Of a stretch of DNA of 64,000 nucleotides, positions 51,784-64,000 are shown piece by piece. The translations under genes were made by a program, and so were the position numbers. Each line of letters opens with the position of its first letter. The first letter of the stretch is position 1. Below the pieces are notes generated by a model. The model ran no database searches, was not told where the DNA came from, and saw only the letters and a program-made list of their open reading frames with translations. Location: the NCBI GenBank assembly GCA_964187785.1, contig OZ076409.1:35466001-35530000 (forward strand). Reading direction: 5' to 3'. This DNA comes from Amphiscolops sp. MND2022. Its lineage: Eukaryota.

Positions 51784-52145
51784 CTGAAAAGATGCCCTAG
51801 TTGAGACTGCTTGAACTTTTTACATGCTGCAGGTCTGCATGCAGGGTAATTTTTTTTATAAAACCTAGAAAATTCAGTGAGTATAATTTAATTACACTGC
51901 ATTCTCCACTACTGCAATTAAATTTGAAAATATTTCCCTTTTCTTTACGGACATGATCACGTTGTATTCACACATTAATGTCTCAACTACTCCTCCGATT
52001 TAATAACCGCTTCTCAAACAGGACGCTGAAGTTCAAGCAAGTTCAACAAGGGTGACCAGCTTTTTAGGAAAAAAACGTGATTTTACTTGTTGCTCTGTGA
52101 AGAAGTCAAAGTGGATGTTTTTGTTAGAACTTTTGATTTTTTTGC

Positions 52146-53360
52146 CAGGGTTGGCATTTTGTGTGTTATTTATAATAAATAACTAACTCACAGTTATTTA
52201 AAGAAAAAAACATGTTATTTTTGTTATTTATGCAAAAAAGCAAACGAAATACAAAAAAAAAACAAAAAAATCAAGTACAACGGCCGAGTTATTTGTTGAA
52301 CTGCCTTGTGAGAAAGGCTAACTTTCCAGCTTTATCAACCCCGAGTTGCGAACGGAGCTTGCCGTAAGTGAGTCCGAGGGTCGAAAAATTCCGCTCAAGA
52401 TTGGCCGTAGCAGGAGTGGCGGTGACCAGACTCGATGAGAAAAGAGTCAGTTTTTCGCCAAAGCCTAGCATCGTTCCGGCTGTCCACCATGCACCAGGAC
52501 TTGTATTTTTGTAATCTCCCTCAAATAAGTATTCATTATAAGGCGGAAACTTCGCAATATAATTTGTAACTTCTGGGATCAGTGATGAGTCAAAGTCTTT
52601 TATATAATCCATTGCAAGTTCAACCTCACATGCATCCAGCTTGCTGCCTCGATAACGATGGTCCAGCATATTTGCGGCATAAAAAACAGGCAAAAGCTCT
52701 GACCTACCAGATAATTTTGAGGAGTAAGCAATTGGAAACACTGTTCGCATCTCATACCAAATTTCCACGACGTCACCAAGCAGGCATGAACTGCCTTGAA
52801 GCTTATCTAGAGCGAATGAAATCGGCCGAAAAACTTTTTGAAGGTCTTGAATGTTTCGCTTCAAAGAAATATCTTCTAAATATCGGTATAATGTATCACT
52901 TTCTTTCAGTGTTTTTTCGAAAATTTCCGATATAGCTGAACGGTGGGTAACAAAGTAGTCCAATGAGTCAGCCAAAGAGTTCCACCTTGTTTCGATGGGC
53001 AAAGGGGGTCTTGGCAACTTCATTTCTTTCATTAAAGCAGACTCAGCCGATGAACTAGTGGCAATGCAATCATCATGGTGCTTTTCATTCGTTTGGCGTC
53101 GGGTACCATGTCTTTCGAGCAATTTTTGCATACTGCGCGCTGAGCACCATCTTTAGTTATAGAATCAAAATTCTGCCAAATGGGTCCTTTGGGTTTCATT
53201 TCGTATCTGAAAAGCAAAAATTTATCAAGTGTTTGAACTTGCAAAGCAAATTTGAAAGTGGAAAATAACAAAAAAAAAACAAAAATTGTTGTTTATAGGT
53301 AAATTACATTGTTATTTATAAGGGTGTTAAATAACACTGTTATTTATCATGCCAACCCTG
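52146..53360 (-). mobile_element. hAT DNA transposon, internally deleted (1215 bp)
   Basis: 12-bp TIR CAGGGTTGGCAT / ATGCCAACCCTG; flanking 8-mers ttttttgc / gtttttgc (7/8 TSD match); subterminal gttatttat repeats. Confidence 0.92.
52289..53200 (-). pseudogene. hAT transposase remnant: BED finger fused to the C-terminal half
   Basis: MKPKGPIWQNF...AVCKNC...RMK/HHDDC (BED zinc finger, frameshift near 53085) runs almost directly into ETRWNS, then AANMLDHRY and WW...LERNFS (hAT dimerisation region). The central catalytic segment is missing. Confidence 0.88.
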
Positions 53361-56300
53361 GTTTTTGCCATGTATTGATAGCTACAGAACGTTCGAGACG
53401 AAGTGTGAACAATCGTTGAAAAGTTTTGAAAAGAAACCTATTTTGAATTTCCTTTCCTTCGTTCGCATGGACACTCAGTTCTTTTACTTTGGGAAAAGTG
53501 CAGTGTTACACTGGGCTGTTTCTTTCAAGTCACAAAAGGACGAACTTGCCATCTCGACTCACCAATTACTGTACTCAGTGTACAAGCTAAACAGCTTGGA
53601 CGTTTGACAAAGTTCTTCAAAGCCAAGACCTTGAACTCATATATATTTTTTAGAAAATTGGCCTGCATGCTCGAAAGCAGCATTGAAAACCTCTTCATCT
53701 ACTTTATCATACAATTAAATTGTATCTCGATTTTCTGAATCAGTATCATAATTAAATTGGGGCCAAAGTGCTCAAAATTCTCCTTAAATTGCATCACTTT
53801 TGAGCCTTTCCCAGCGTTACATTCTCGTCTTGCTTGTCAAAAATTATTATCCTTGATGATCTCAGAATTGAAATAACTTCCGAAAAATTGTTGCTCACTA
53901 CCAGAAACGCATGTTTCACAAACGATAACCTCTCAGAGATAGGATGCTTGGGAATTGCAGTGAAAAACTGTGTCATTGTGATACGAAAAACACTTGGACG
54001 AGACAATAACCGACTCACTTATAATTTAGTTTACTCCATCACTCCTATTGGTACAAATCAATCATGGATATGTTCTATTGAAAACTAGAACAAGACGCTC
54101 AAAAAGCGCAGTCTCAAATATATCTGAGACTCACATATGCTCACAGTGGCTTCAAGCAAATTTTCAAAATTTTCTCAGATCAAAAACTTCAAAGGCGCAC
54201 TCTGGCATCGAAAAACGCATTCCTCTGACTTGAATAATCGAAAAATACTAATTGGTGAAAAAACGTTCAATTTTTTTGGAAGGAAAAAAGGCCCACAGTG
54301 CCGGAAAACTCAAGATTGAGCCCTATAGTGAAAGCAGTGTGAAAACCGAACGGGAGCATTTTGGTGAAATTATTTTTTTTCGAAAATTTGTCTCGCAGTA
54401 GCAAAAAAGTTCAATTGGAGGACCCTTTGCTTCTAGTTAGTGGTCTTAGATATGAAATGGTCCTAGATACATTTTAGGGTGACCAAATTGATGAACAAAA
54501 AGATGAACAAAGTGAACCATTGTGTGACCACTGACAAAAAAATGCCTCTGTAAGAGTGGGAACTTTTTGTATTTCAAAAAACGCCGACTAAAGCTCGAAA
54601 AAAGAGTTATTTATAAAAGTTATTTATGTGAACTTTTTGTTACTACAAACTACTGAACAAAAAACTATAGTGTATTTCGATACCAACATTGTATCACGAA
54701 AGAATCATGAAAAGTACGTTTATTCAAAACATGTATTAATCTAAAGAAGCATACCTATGAAGATACGCAAACATCACTTGATACGCTAACAGCTCCAATT
54801 AACTGCCAAACATTATTTGCGTATATTAATATTCCAGCCAGGAATGTTAAACATATTTATAAAATAACTCAAAGTTATTTTTTTCTGAAATCTGTATTTT
54901 TTCAGGAGGAAACAGTTTTTCTCGCCAAAAAAATTTGAGCTTTTGTTTCAAATTGAAGTAAATTGTATTTTCAAAAGCATTCATGTAGATTGAAATGTCT
55001 TGAAATTTAAAGCGACCGTTGATTTAAAATTTTTGAATCATTTCCAATCGAACTCTTAATTCGCACTTTGGATAGGTGAGGTCAATTCATCTTTCCTCTT
55101 GTACTAGAAATGCACCTGCTACTATTCGTCATTCAGAGGTGAACACTGCGGACAAGAGAGAAAGACAGGGACCTTATATGGACTCCAATGGACGAACATG
55201 ACGCCGCAATCAGCCGCAAGTGAGATTCGTGGGTGCGTAGGTGTTATCAATGACTCGTTCTTATTCAAAGCTATCCCTGTACCTATCTGTTAGTCTTTGT
55301 AAAAAGCAAACACCCCCTGATGCTGTGATTCTGCTTTTTCTTTTCAGCACCCCCTTGAATTCGATCAAGTTGTTAACGATGTGAGGACCTTCGACGCCAA
55401 GTTTTTTGTGATCCCACATTGCAGTACGACAAGGGCCTATTGAAAAACGAAGTCATAACAACTTTAAACTACTAACTTTTATGTCTAATTTATCAACTTC
55501 CATCACAATTTAGCAATTTTAGTGAAAATAAATAAAGTTTTAGAAATGCATCTGGGTTATAAATTCTATTGCAAGAAAGTTTCGTGACTATTAGAGAAAA
55601 TAGAGATGTTTGTTACCATTTGATCACAATTTTGAAAGTTGAGCATGCTTTTACACACATCACCTCAGAGTTTTTGAAACTGTACAAACGTTAAACGACC
55701 TCAGTCTTGCAAAAATATGAACGAAAATTAAAAACCAAAATTAGACCTCGATTAAAGCTGCAATTATAAACAAAAATTTATTCTTCGTAGACGTTGCTTA
55801 TTATCGTTGAACGAATGTCCCCTCTGTCAAGAAAACGTTGAATGACGTTGGCATTGAAAATTGGCAGTAAGCACATTTCATTGCAGAAGTGTTTTGCGAT
55901 GAAATTTTCTGTTTTTGAGGCAAATGATCCAAAAACCTAATCATTGCCATATAGTTTGCTTCAAATGAAAACATTTTTTGAGGGACTGGAACTTGAGTCA
56001 ACTCATCAGTACCATCAACAAACCATTAATCTCACGGGCAATGATTTTTTGCGGATCTCTATTACACTCTGATAAACTTGAGTTAATATGCAAAGTTGAC
56101 AGCTCAGCGAGATTAAGCATCTTTTTGGCAAGAGTTCCATGGCTCCGAATTTCAAGGGTGGATGGATAATAACACCAGGGCTAAGGCTATTGCTTTTTGC
56201 GGAAGTCATACTTCCAGTCATTCTCTGGTTAAATAAATCAGTTTCTAAAGTTCTGACGTCATCGACTTAGGCGGCACAAAAGTGTCAACAGTTGTAATGA

Positions 56301-56689
56301 TATTTGGTCAATCTCAATATTTACTCAAACAAAACTTCCAATATACAAATATCCATATTTAGAATAACGCAACATAACTGGATCTGAAATGACGACACTT
56401 TCACCATCATGATGACGCAACGAGAATGAGCTCTTGCAAATTGTTGATTTGGTTGGCCTCTTTCGAATTTATTACAGCATTTTATTAAATGGAATTTAAA
56501 GGAAACATGCATATTCTAGGGAAGTTTTCGACTGATGAATATCTCAAAACTGACATCAGATAAGCTCAAAAAGGTATGCATCGATTTGTAAAACGAATAT
56601 AATTGTCAAAACTTCAAGTTTATAAACAATTCGAAATTTTGTTGTCTTTCGGTGACTCAAAGTTCAAACGGCTCCGGACGGTATGTAGT

Positions 56690-58055
56690 TCTCATTCCCC
56701 AAAACACCAATGGCTGTTGATTGTAATGTTTCCCCAGGTTTTCGATCTTTGCGAATCTGTGCAGATCTGCAGGATTTTTTCTGCAGGGTTCTGCAAAGAT
56801 CGTTGCACTGAATCTTGAAGATCCATACAGATCTGCAAGATCTTTACTGAAGTATGCAGATTTTTCAAAAAGATTTTTGCAGAAATATGTTTTTCTGCAG
56901 CTTTTAAGGAACCAATGTATTGCATTTTTGGACTTCTTCAACTACTTTATCCAGTATTTTAGCTGACCTAAGGTCAGTCAGTATAAACTCTCCATCACTC
57001 AAAATTCATGAGAAGGAAATATTGTCCCCATCACGGTAATATTGGTGTCTGGGGAATATTTGGTATTGGTCATGAACTAATTTATCTATTTCACTCGAAC
57101 TTTGCAGAAGCGATTGTTCAACTTTGAGAGGCTCGTTTGCCATATTGACTTCGTTTTGGCAGATAAAATTTGACATGTGGCAACCTTCTGGGTTGGTCGA
57201 TGTGTCGATAAAGTGTCTTTTTTGTAATATTTCTGCAACATAGTTTGTTGGAGTATTTTCAACTTGGACTACGTTATGGTAATTTATTGGTCATTGTTTG
57301 GCCCTATAAAGATCTGTAAATATCTGTAATCTCTACAGATCTGTACAGATTGCTACAGAAAAATGTTTCATCATTTTGACATAAATGAGACTTCTCTCCA
57401 GTTTTAAACATTTTTATTATTTGACATCGCTGTGAGGTTTTTATTGTGTTTCTGAGTACGTTAGTTTTTTTCGAATCTGCGCATTTCTGCAAAGATCTGC
57501 AAAAATTCCGCAAATCTGCACAGATTCGCGAAGATCGAAAACCTGGGACCTCTTCGCTCATAGTGATATATTGGAACATGTGTAACCAAAAAAATTTCAA
57601 TCAAATTTTCAAACTGACTGATCAGTAGCCAGCCGTAAGAGAAAATGACACCTGTCAATGATTCAATAAGTGTACACAACGTCTCTGAAAATGAAACAGA
57701 CTCAAAATTTTTACATCTGCTAATAATAGTAGACCCGAAGTATACACCTTCGCATTTGCTAGCACTTCCTTTTGAAATGAAAATTACAAATAGACGCTGA
57801 ATTTGGTCGAAAATGATGTACAAAGAGTCTCCGAATAGTGGAAAAAAATACAAGTAGTCCAGGATCTTCAATATGTTTTGTCTTGATCTTTGATGGGAAC
57901 GGCCTATGTTTTTACTTGTGAAAAACTGTTGAATTCTCAAAAATATTAGCAGAATCGAAAGTAGGGTGTTCGAATAAAACTTAATAAATTTTCCGTGAGG
58001 TTTCCGTTACATAGGGGTTGACTCAGTGTACACTCCCGGAAAGCTTTAGCACTAC
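56690..58055 (-). mobile_element. Truncated Crypton-like unit A (promoter end and first codons only), interrupted by a MITE
   Basis: 57550-58055 aligns with 60931-61474, and 56690-56732 aligns with 60890-60930. The unit ends ...ACTAC immediately before (GAT)n. Confidence 0.65.
56733..57547. mobile_element. MITE (815 bp) with CCCAGG-starting TIRs and internal AGATCTG repeats
   Basis: cccaggttttcgatctttgcgaatctgtgcagat at 56733 matches its reverse complement ending at 57547. The empty site is visible in the paralogous sequence at ~60930. Confidence 0.85.
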
Positions 58056-58180
<125 letters not shown>

Positions 58181-61100
58181 CCAATATAGACGCTGTTTAT
58201 CGGCCCTCGATCATTAGAGATTGTATGTACAGGGTCCCCATTTTCAGGGGCTTTTCCCTGGATTTGTTACAAAAAATACCAAAGGATTATCGTCTTTTAT
58301 GTTCGCCTATTCTAGTCAACTTATTTCTTGACCCACAGACGGAATCTGACGTTGCTACGACGAGTTTTAGGAGAAATTTGAGAGCCGTTTAAAAAACGGA
58401 GTAATCAGCTTGAAAATGTAAAAAATGGAGACTCGGCGTACAAAATTTGTGAAAATGTAGTACTCTGTGTACAGCAAAATGAAAATCGGAGACTTCAAGT
58501 ACGGTGCAAAAGTTGGTTGTATCAATAGTCCAACCATGGATTTAAAGTTAGCCTAGGGAACGTATTCGCCACGTACAATGTCAGTTTCGAGATACTTTTC
58601 AACGATTAAGGTTTTGAGTAAAAAAAATCGAGACGCTGTGTACACGCTTAGAAAATCAGAGACCCTGTGTTTAGCTCAAAAAAAGAACAAAATGGCCTAA
58701 TTTTTTGAATTATATCAAGAAATACGAATACTTGAACATTGAAATGAATACAAAACAGTTCCGTATAAATGAATAAAAGTTGGAAACAAGTTTTGGTTGG
58801 GCGGAACAAATGTTTTAAAGGTCCAAATGCTTGCAAATGTTGTGGTATTTGGAGTACACTTTGTTGAGCACTGCTTCCTGGTCCTGCAAATTCATTTTCA
58901 TTGGCAGCATGAGGTTCCGCATCTCTGTTTTGGACAGTTTACCATCGACTTTGCTCAGGAGATCAATAAGACGAATCATGCTCGCATGCAGTGGATCTCG
59001 TGGTCCCTTGAATGTTCGCATTCTTCTCTGCAACTCGTCGAGTTTGGATTCAGTCGACATTGTTGCTTTGGCATACCTTCCAGGAGCTTTTATAATTCGT
59101 GTCCTGGTCTTAACTGAACTGAGGGAAAACGTACTACAAGTTGACAACTCAGAATCTGAGTCTGGGTTGGCATTAACACTTTCCTGGGGGGCTGTATCCA
59201 AAGTTCCAAGAGTAACCTCGGACGCCGATGTATACAAAGGGTCTGTTGTATAGGCATCATCGTCTTCAATTGTCTTCGAACACGAAGGCCCGGGAACTTC
59301 TAGCTCGTGCTGAGGCCTTGGTGCATCAGTGGAGCCTGGTGATACCGGTATGTCCATATGATCGTCTTCGATTTGATTTTCGGCACTGTACACGGCGTCT
59401 CTGATTATGTCTCTCTGATGGGCAAGTAAGTCCTTTATTGCGTCTTCCTGCATCGGTGCGACGTAATGAGCTGCTGCTGTTTCATCGGTGTGTCCAGTGT
59501 TCGCCCGGAAAGCCCGGCGCATACCACTGGGGATCGCTCCGGCCTTGTTATGGACATAGGTTTCCCAGCATTTCCTGAGGGAATTTGGGTTCAAGGAGAA
59601 CTCCTGGGTTCCAAACAGTTTTTCGGTCGTTTTTTTCAAAGTGGCAGCCACATTACTGAATTGGGTACCACTCTTGTTTGGGAAAAGCAAAACAGGGCAA
59701 GTGTTTTTTCCAGTTTCTTCCTTGTAGAGGGCATGACATCGGTCCACCAAGCCTGCAATTTCTCCGGTTTTCTCAAAGAAATTCTCGAATTTGTCTCCAG
59801 TTTTGTGATTTCGGGTTCTAATTACCTCCCCAACTTTTTTCCCGAGGAACTCGCTCGATGTACAGCTCAAAACAGCGCCAAGTCGACAATTTGAGTTCAC
59901 CAGAATGCAAAAAACTGTCAATGAAGCCAGTTCAAGGTATGTCAAATTATCGGAGACGCCATGTACAATGTGTTTTTCGACTTCTTTTGCCAGTTTTGCC
60001 ACCTGTTTGAGGGTTGGAACACGTTCGAACCGCTTTTCCTTTCTAAGTTCGATCTCTTGATTCCGACTTTTCTTTGTTCGCTTCTGATAATCGGTAATTT
60101 CGTCCAGAATAGAGTTAAATTGTACCCGTATTACCCGGGATCTGTGCCGCTGAAGCCATGTTATGAAGTCTTTTAGTGCAACAATGAGCTTACTCATCGA
60201 ATTGTGTGTGTAGCCATTCGTTTCTTTGTACTCCTTCAGCACTGTTGCTACTCTAGCAGTGTCACGAAAGTGATCACTCTTCGAGAACACTCCTTTAATG
60301 AAGTTTCTTTTGAACTGACTGATTTCTTGATCTTGGGATTCTCGAATTGAATTGCAATATTCCTCCAACAATTCTGCAGATTTAGGCCCTAAATCATTTC
60401 TTTCTGACAACTCCCATATCTGGGGTGGGAATTCTTCATCAGACTTCTTATTTCTGACCTTCAGGATGATGTGTCGAGGAAAATCATTATTGTGTCTCCT
60501 GGGATTCGTCATCCTCAAAGGGCAATTGACACACTGCGAAACTGGACCGCGGGCGTTTTTGTAGAATAAAACGACATCAAGAACTTCCGGTGCTCTGGTA
60601 GAAGGTTTCTATGAACTTTGTCAAGGTGCTGTCCTATTTTTGCGACTTTTTTGCGGCAAATTGTACAGTCACGTACTGCTTCCTTCTATGTTTTTTTGTG
60701 AATTTTTCGCCGTTTGGAAGTCAAATTGGCCTGCCCATGGGTTGGTTCTTCTTCTAGAGGAACTTCAACCTGTGTAGAAGTTGCCGCGGGAACATCAGCT
60801 GCGGGGGAGAGTTGAAAACCGAGATCTGAGATGGTATTCAGGTCAAAACTTGACATTTCAGCTGGTTGTCGGTCGATCATTTCCGAGGTCTCATTCCCCA
60901 AAATACCAATAACTGTTGGTTGTAAAGTCTCTTCTTCGCTCATGGTAATGTATTGGAACAATTATAACCAGAAAACAATTTTTCTTTCAAACTTTTAGAC
61001 CGACTGATCAGTAGGAAGCTGTAAGAGAAAATGGCACCTGTCTTTAATTCAAAAAGTGTACACAGCGTCTCTGAAATAGAAAAAGACTCAAAATTTTCAC

Positions 61101-61474
61101 ACCTGCCAATAGTAGTTGACTCAAAGTAACTGTACACGTTCGCACGTGCTAGCACTTCCTTTGAGGAGAAAATTAGAAGTAGACGCTGAAGAAAAGTTGT
61201 GACTTTGGTCAAAAGTGTTGTTGTACAATGAGTCTCCGATTAGTCCAAAATTATACAAGTAGTCTAGGATCTTCAAAAGGGCATTTTTTGAGATTTGATG
61301 GGAACCGCCTGTTTTTTTGCTTGTGGAATTTCATTAAAATTTGTAATTTATTGGCGGGATCAAAAGTAGGGAGTTCGAAAAAAAACCTAATAAAATTTCC
61401 GTGAGATTTCTGGTACATAGGGTTTTGGGTGTTTTGGAGACTCAGTGTACACTCCCGAGATACTTTAGGACTAC
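58181..61474 (-). mobile_element. Crypton-like tyrosine-recombinase DNA element (unit B, ~3.3 kb) between two (GAT)n tracts
   Basis: Single YR gene; no RT, LTR or TIR seen; both ends abut GAT repeats; its right ~550 bp is paralogous to the right end of unit A. Confidence 0.7.
58815..60518 (-). CDS. Tyrosine recombinase (Crypton-like). The gene probably starts at ATG 60943 with an N-terminal zinc-finger region now broken by a stop (60686) and a frameshift (~60557).
   Basis: Catalytic-type motifs in order: NCRLGAV (R), NHKTG (K), PNSLRK (HxxR position), TGHTDETAAAHY (H, Y). Upstream frames give CTICRKKVAKIGQHLDKVH and QCVNCPLR. Confidence 0.85.
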   Translation of the reverse strand: MRMTNPRRHNNDFPRHIILKVRNKKSDEEFPPQIWELSERNDLGPKSAELLEEYCNSIRESQDQEISQFKRNFIKGVFSKSDHFRDTARVATVLKEYKETNGYTHNSMSKLIVALKDFITWLQRHRSRVIRVQFNSILDEITDYQKRTKKSRNQEIELRKEKRFERVPTLKQVAKLAKEVEKHIVHGVSDNLTYLELASLTVFCILVNSNCRLGAVLSCTSSEFLGKKVGEVIRTRNHKTGDKFENFFEKTGEIAGLVDRCHALYKEETGKNTCPVLLFPNKSGTQFSNVAATLKKTTEKLFGTQEFSLNPNSLRKCWETYVHNKAGAIPSGMRRAFRANTGHTDETAAAHYVAPMQEDAIKDLLAHQRDIIRDAVYSAENQIEDDHMDIPVSPGSTDAPRPQHELEVPGPSCSKTIEDDDAYTTDPLYTSASEVTLGTLDTAPQESVNANPDSDSELSTCSTFSLSSVKTRTRIIKAPGRYAKATMSTESKLDELQRRMRTFKGPRDPLHASMIRLIDLLSKVDGKLSKTEMRNLMLPMKMNLQDQEAVLNKVYSKYHNICKHLDL

Positions 61475-62044
61475 GATGGATCTCCGATGATCATGATGAT
61501 GATGACGATGATGATGATTATTATGATGTTTATGAGAGACGCTTTGGCAAGGACACTGAAAAAACTGGGTCAAAGCGGTTCTGGAGCCTTCAGTCTGGGC
61601 GAGTGGATCGTCTCCGGGAAAAATCTAATATTTTTCAAAAAGCTGGCTGAATCGTGTTTTTGTCGGTTACTTACCTTTGGATTGAGGTATACGAAACGCA
61701 TATTGCGCCTTTTAATTTTTCAACCAGTCACAATTTTTTGGGTGATGATATTGGAGTTTGACCATTTCAGGAATATATAGAAACGCGCTCTGTTTTTTTA
61801 TGATAATTGGACGCCCTCTAGCGGCCAAAATGTGCAACGCGACGTTAGTCAAAACTCAATAGTAGGCCTTGAATTAGTGCTCTAAAAATTCACACCTTTA
61901 GTGGAAAGTTTCGTTCCTTTCAAGTAGCAGCTAATTTTTCATTACACCGTGAACTGAATTTTTTCGGAGGTTTGACCGATCGTTACTACTTACTCATTTA
62001 ATTCGTTCAAACACACTACAGAAAGATTGTTATTTCTACTCTGA

Positions 62045-63950
62045 ATGGCTGACGACTCCTTAGATTCAGTTAGTAACCTAACAGAAGTGGCTGGTTTAAG
62101 TTATTCACCGTGCACGCAGACTGTCATCAACAATTGCGTTGAATCCCTCATGCAAGACATCGCTTGATATTGATGAAAATGCGGTTGTTCTGAGTGGTTC
62201 CGAGACGGAGACCATTTAGCATGGATGGAAAATGAGACATCAACCCTTTTTCCTGTGGAAACAAAAAAAAAGAAGAAAGCTCAGTCGTCGAACTTGTCAA
62301 AAATTCCTTTTGAAAGGTAAACGACCGGAGCAACCTGCAAAGTAGCCTGCATTTTGTGCAACGGACATTACGCAAATTTGCGACAACATTTTTCAAAATC
62401 TCGTAAAAACTTGTCAATTAACCAGAGGTATTGTAATAAGCCTTCATAGAACCTCTGTTTGCAGTTCCACTGTTTATCAGTGTAAAACTTGTCTTCTTCG
62501 ATTCACCAAAGGCAAGCATTTTAAAGTTTGCAAGAAACGAGCTGTCTTACGAGTACAAGCATCAAAGCATCAAGTACTGATGACTTCCCAGAATGCCTCA
62601 AAGATGCGTCAATCCTCAGTCTGAGTTCTTGTTCTGTTAAGGCCTCGGTTTTGCTTGATGAATACAACATTAATCGTGATGAAGGCGGAGACCCCGAGAT
62701 AACCCGCTTTCAGAGGACATTTTTGTTATCAGTAATGAAAAGAACGCAGTTTTTACGGAACCCTGTCAGAAATAAAGACACTTTGGATCGTAGTCAGACT
62801 GAGAAGAAGAACACATACCAAACAATGCGCAAATTGATGTTCGAATGGTTGAATTCCTTGAGGCGTACAATCCGAAAGAATTGCGATTGAATGTTCCATT
62901 GGTGGAAGAAAATGATCCTCTTGGGAAGTTCCTCTTGGGAAGTTCCTCTTGAGAAAAACTGCCAAGAAAGTGGCCCGAAAAGTCAACTAGGGGAGCGTAA
63001 AAAATTCAGCACTGTCCCTCCTTTATACCAGGTTGCCTATTCGAGACAAGATGTGCAGGAGGTGTTTGACAAGTTCAACTATGCGGGTTTCGAGTACAAC
63101 GAGTACCTCAGCTTGGTTTTATTTGTTATTCATGGTGAATTCAACTGTCGCATTGCTGCCCTTCTATATTTGGAATACGCAGCGTATGCAGTCATACTTC
63201 CTGCGATTTCGACCTCAGACCAAGAGATATGTTGATCAGTTATACGAAAAGTTCCGGGAAGAATTCAACCAAGAGCCCCTTCGCACATTTCTTTCCTAAA
63301 CGAACAAAAGGTTCTCTTGTCAGGCTACCTACCCAAAAGATGCTTTCTGATATATCCTATAACCCAGATAATGTGAGGAACGCTTAGGATTCTTACAAAG
63401 TGAAGTCCAATTTTCTCCGGACGAAAACTCAGCAAAGTTGTATCAAATGGACACAGGACATTGCGAGTCCACCAGAGACAAATATTACGTTCAAACGGCA
63501 ACAGAAGCTGTTATAACCAAAACTCTGGACCGGCAACTTCAGCTTTTGAATGACCCCGAAGCTTGTTATGTCAAGGCCGATGAACCACCGCAAGTAGTCT
63601 CAGAGACGACTGATGGGTCAAACATCTTTGAAGAGGAACCAGATGACGAAGATGACACTGTTAACCCTTCATGCGAAGTTTTAGAGCACGAAAAACCGCT
63701 CTGACCCAGGATTCTCAAGCAACTGACGAAAATGGCAACATTTGCCAGATCCAGATGTACCTGGATCTTCGAAGGAAGGTACACGGTGGTTGACCGAAAA
63801 AAGGTTGCTGTAACACCCGAAAACAGCCAGAAGAAGGTCCCTGCTAAAAGACCAGAGACAAACAACAAGGGGAAAGACTACAGCAACAAAATTTGACATG
63901 TGATCCGGCTAAACCTCATGAAATTCAGAGACAACGACGTGCTCCAACCC
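62045..63950 (+). pseudogene. Second, divergent tyrosine recombinase (unit C), heavily frameshifted
   Basis: Fragments parallel unit B: CILCNGHYANLRQHF, YQCKTCLLRF, RKKFSTVPPLYQVA (cf. KRFERVPTLKQVA), YLSLVLFVIHGEFNCRIAALL (cf. LASLTVFCILVNSNCRLGAVL) and DTGHCESTRDKYY. Confidence 0.8.
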
Positions 63951-64000
63951 CATTTGATTCAACTTTTTGATAAGAACTGTGACATAAAGAAAAAAATCTC

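Noticed and set aside
55135..55445. Two exon-like segments with AG/GT borders on the plus strand
   Set aside because: No consistent open spliced frame or recognisable product could be built.

Overview
AT-rich, repeat-dense animal genomic DNA; the taxon cannot be established from the sequence. One host gene can be reconstructed: a 5-exon gene (12913-20584, +) encoding an ~1708-aa protein with an N-terminal transmembrane helix, an AHNAK/periaxin-type PDZ-like domain and a giant repetitive last exon. Most of the remaining recognisable sequence is mobile DNA. This includes a full-length, recently inserted BEL/Pao LTR retrotransposon (23170-33148) whose 1.67-kb LTRs each carry an intact SGNH/GDSL-hydrolase ORF, inserted in a decayed LINE. 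There is also a second, degraded BEL/Pao gag at the window start, a solo LTR with TSD that itself carries an ORF, and two degraded Ty3/gypsy elements. DNA elements comprise an internally deleted hAT, a MITE, many copies of a Helentron/HINE-like non-autonomous repeat, and a cluster of RT-less tyrosine-recombinase (Crypton-like) units separated by (GAT)n microsatellites. All alignments were done by eye and no database searches were run.
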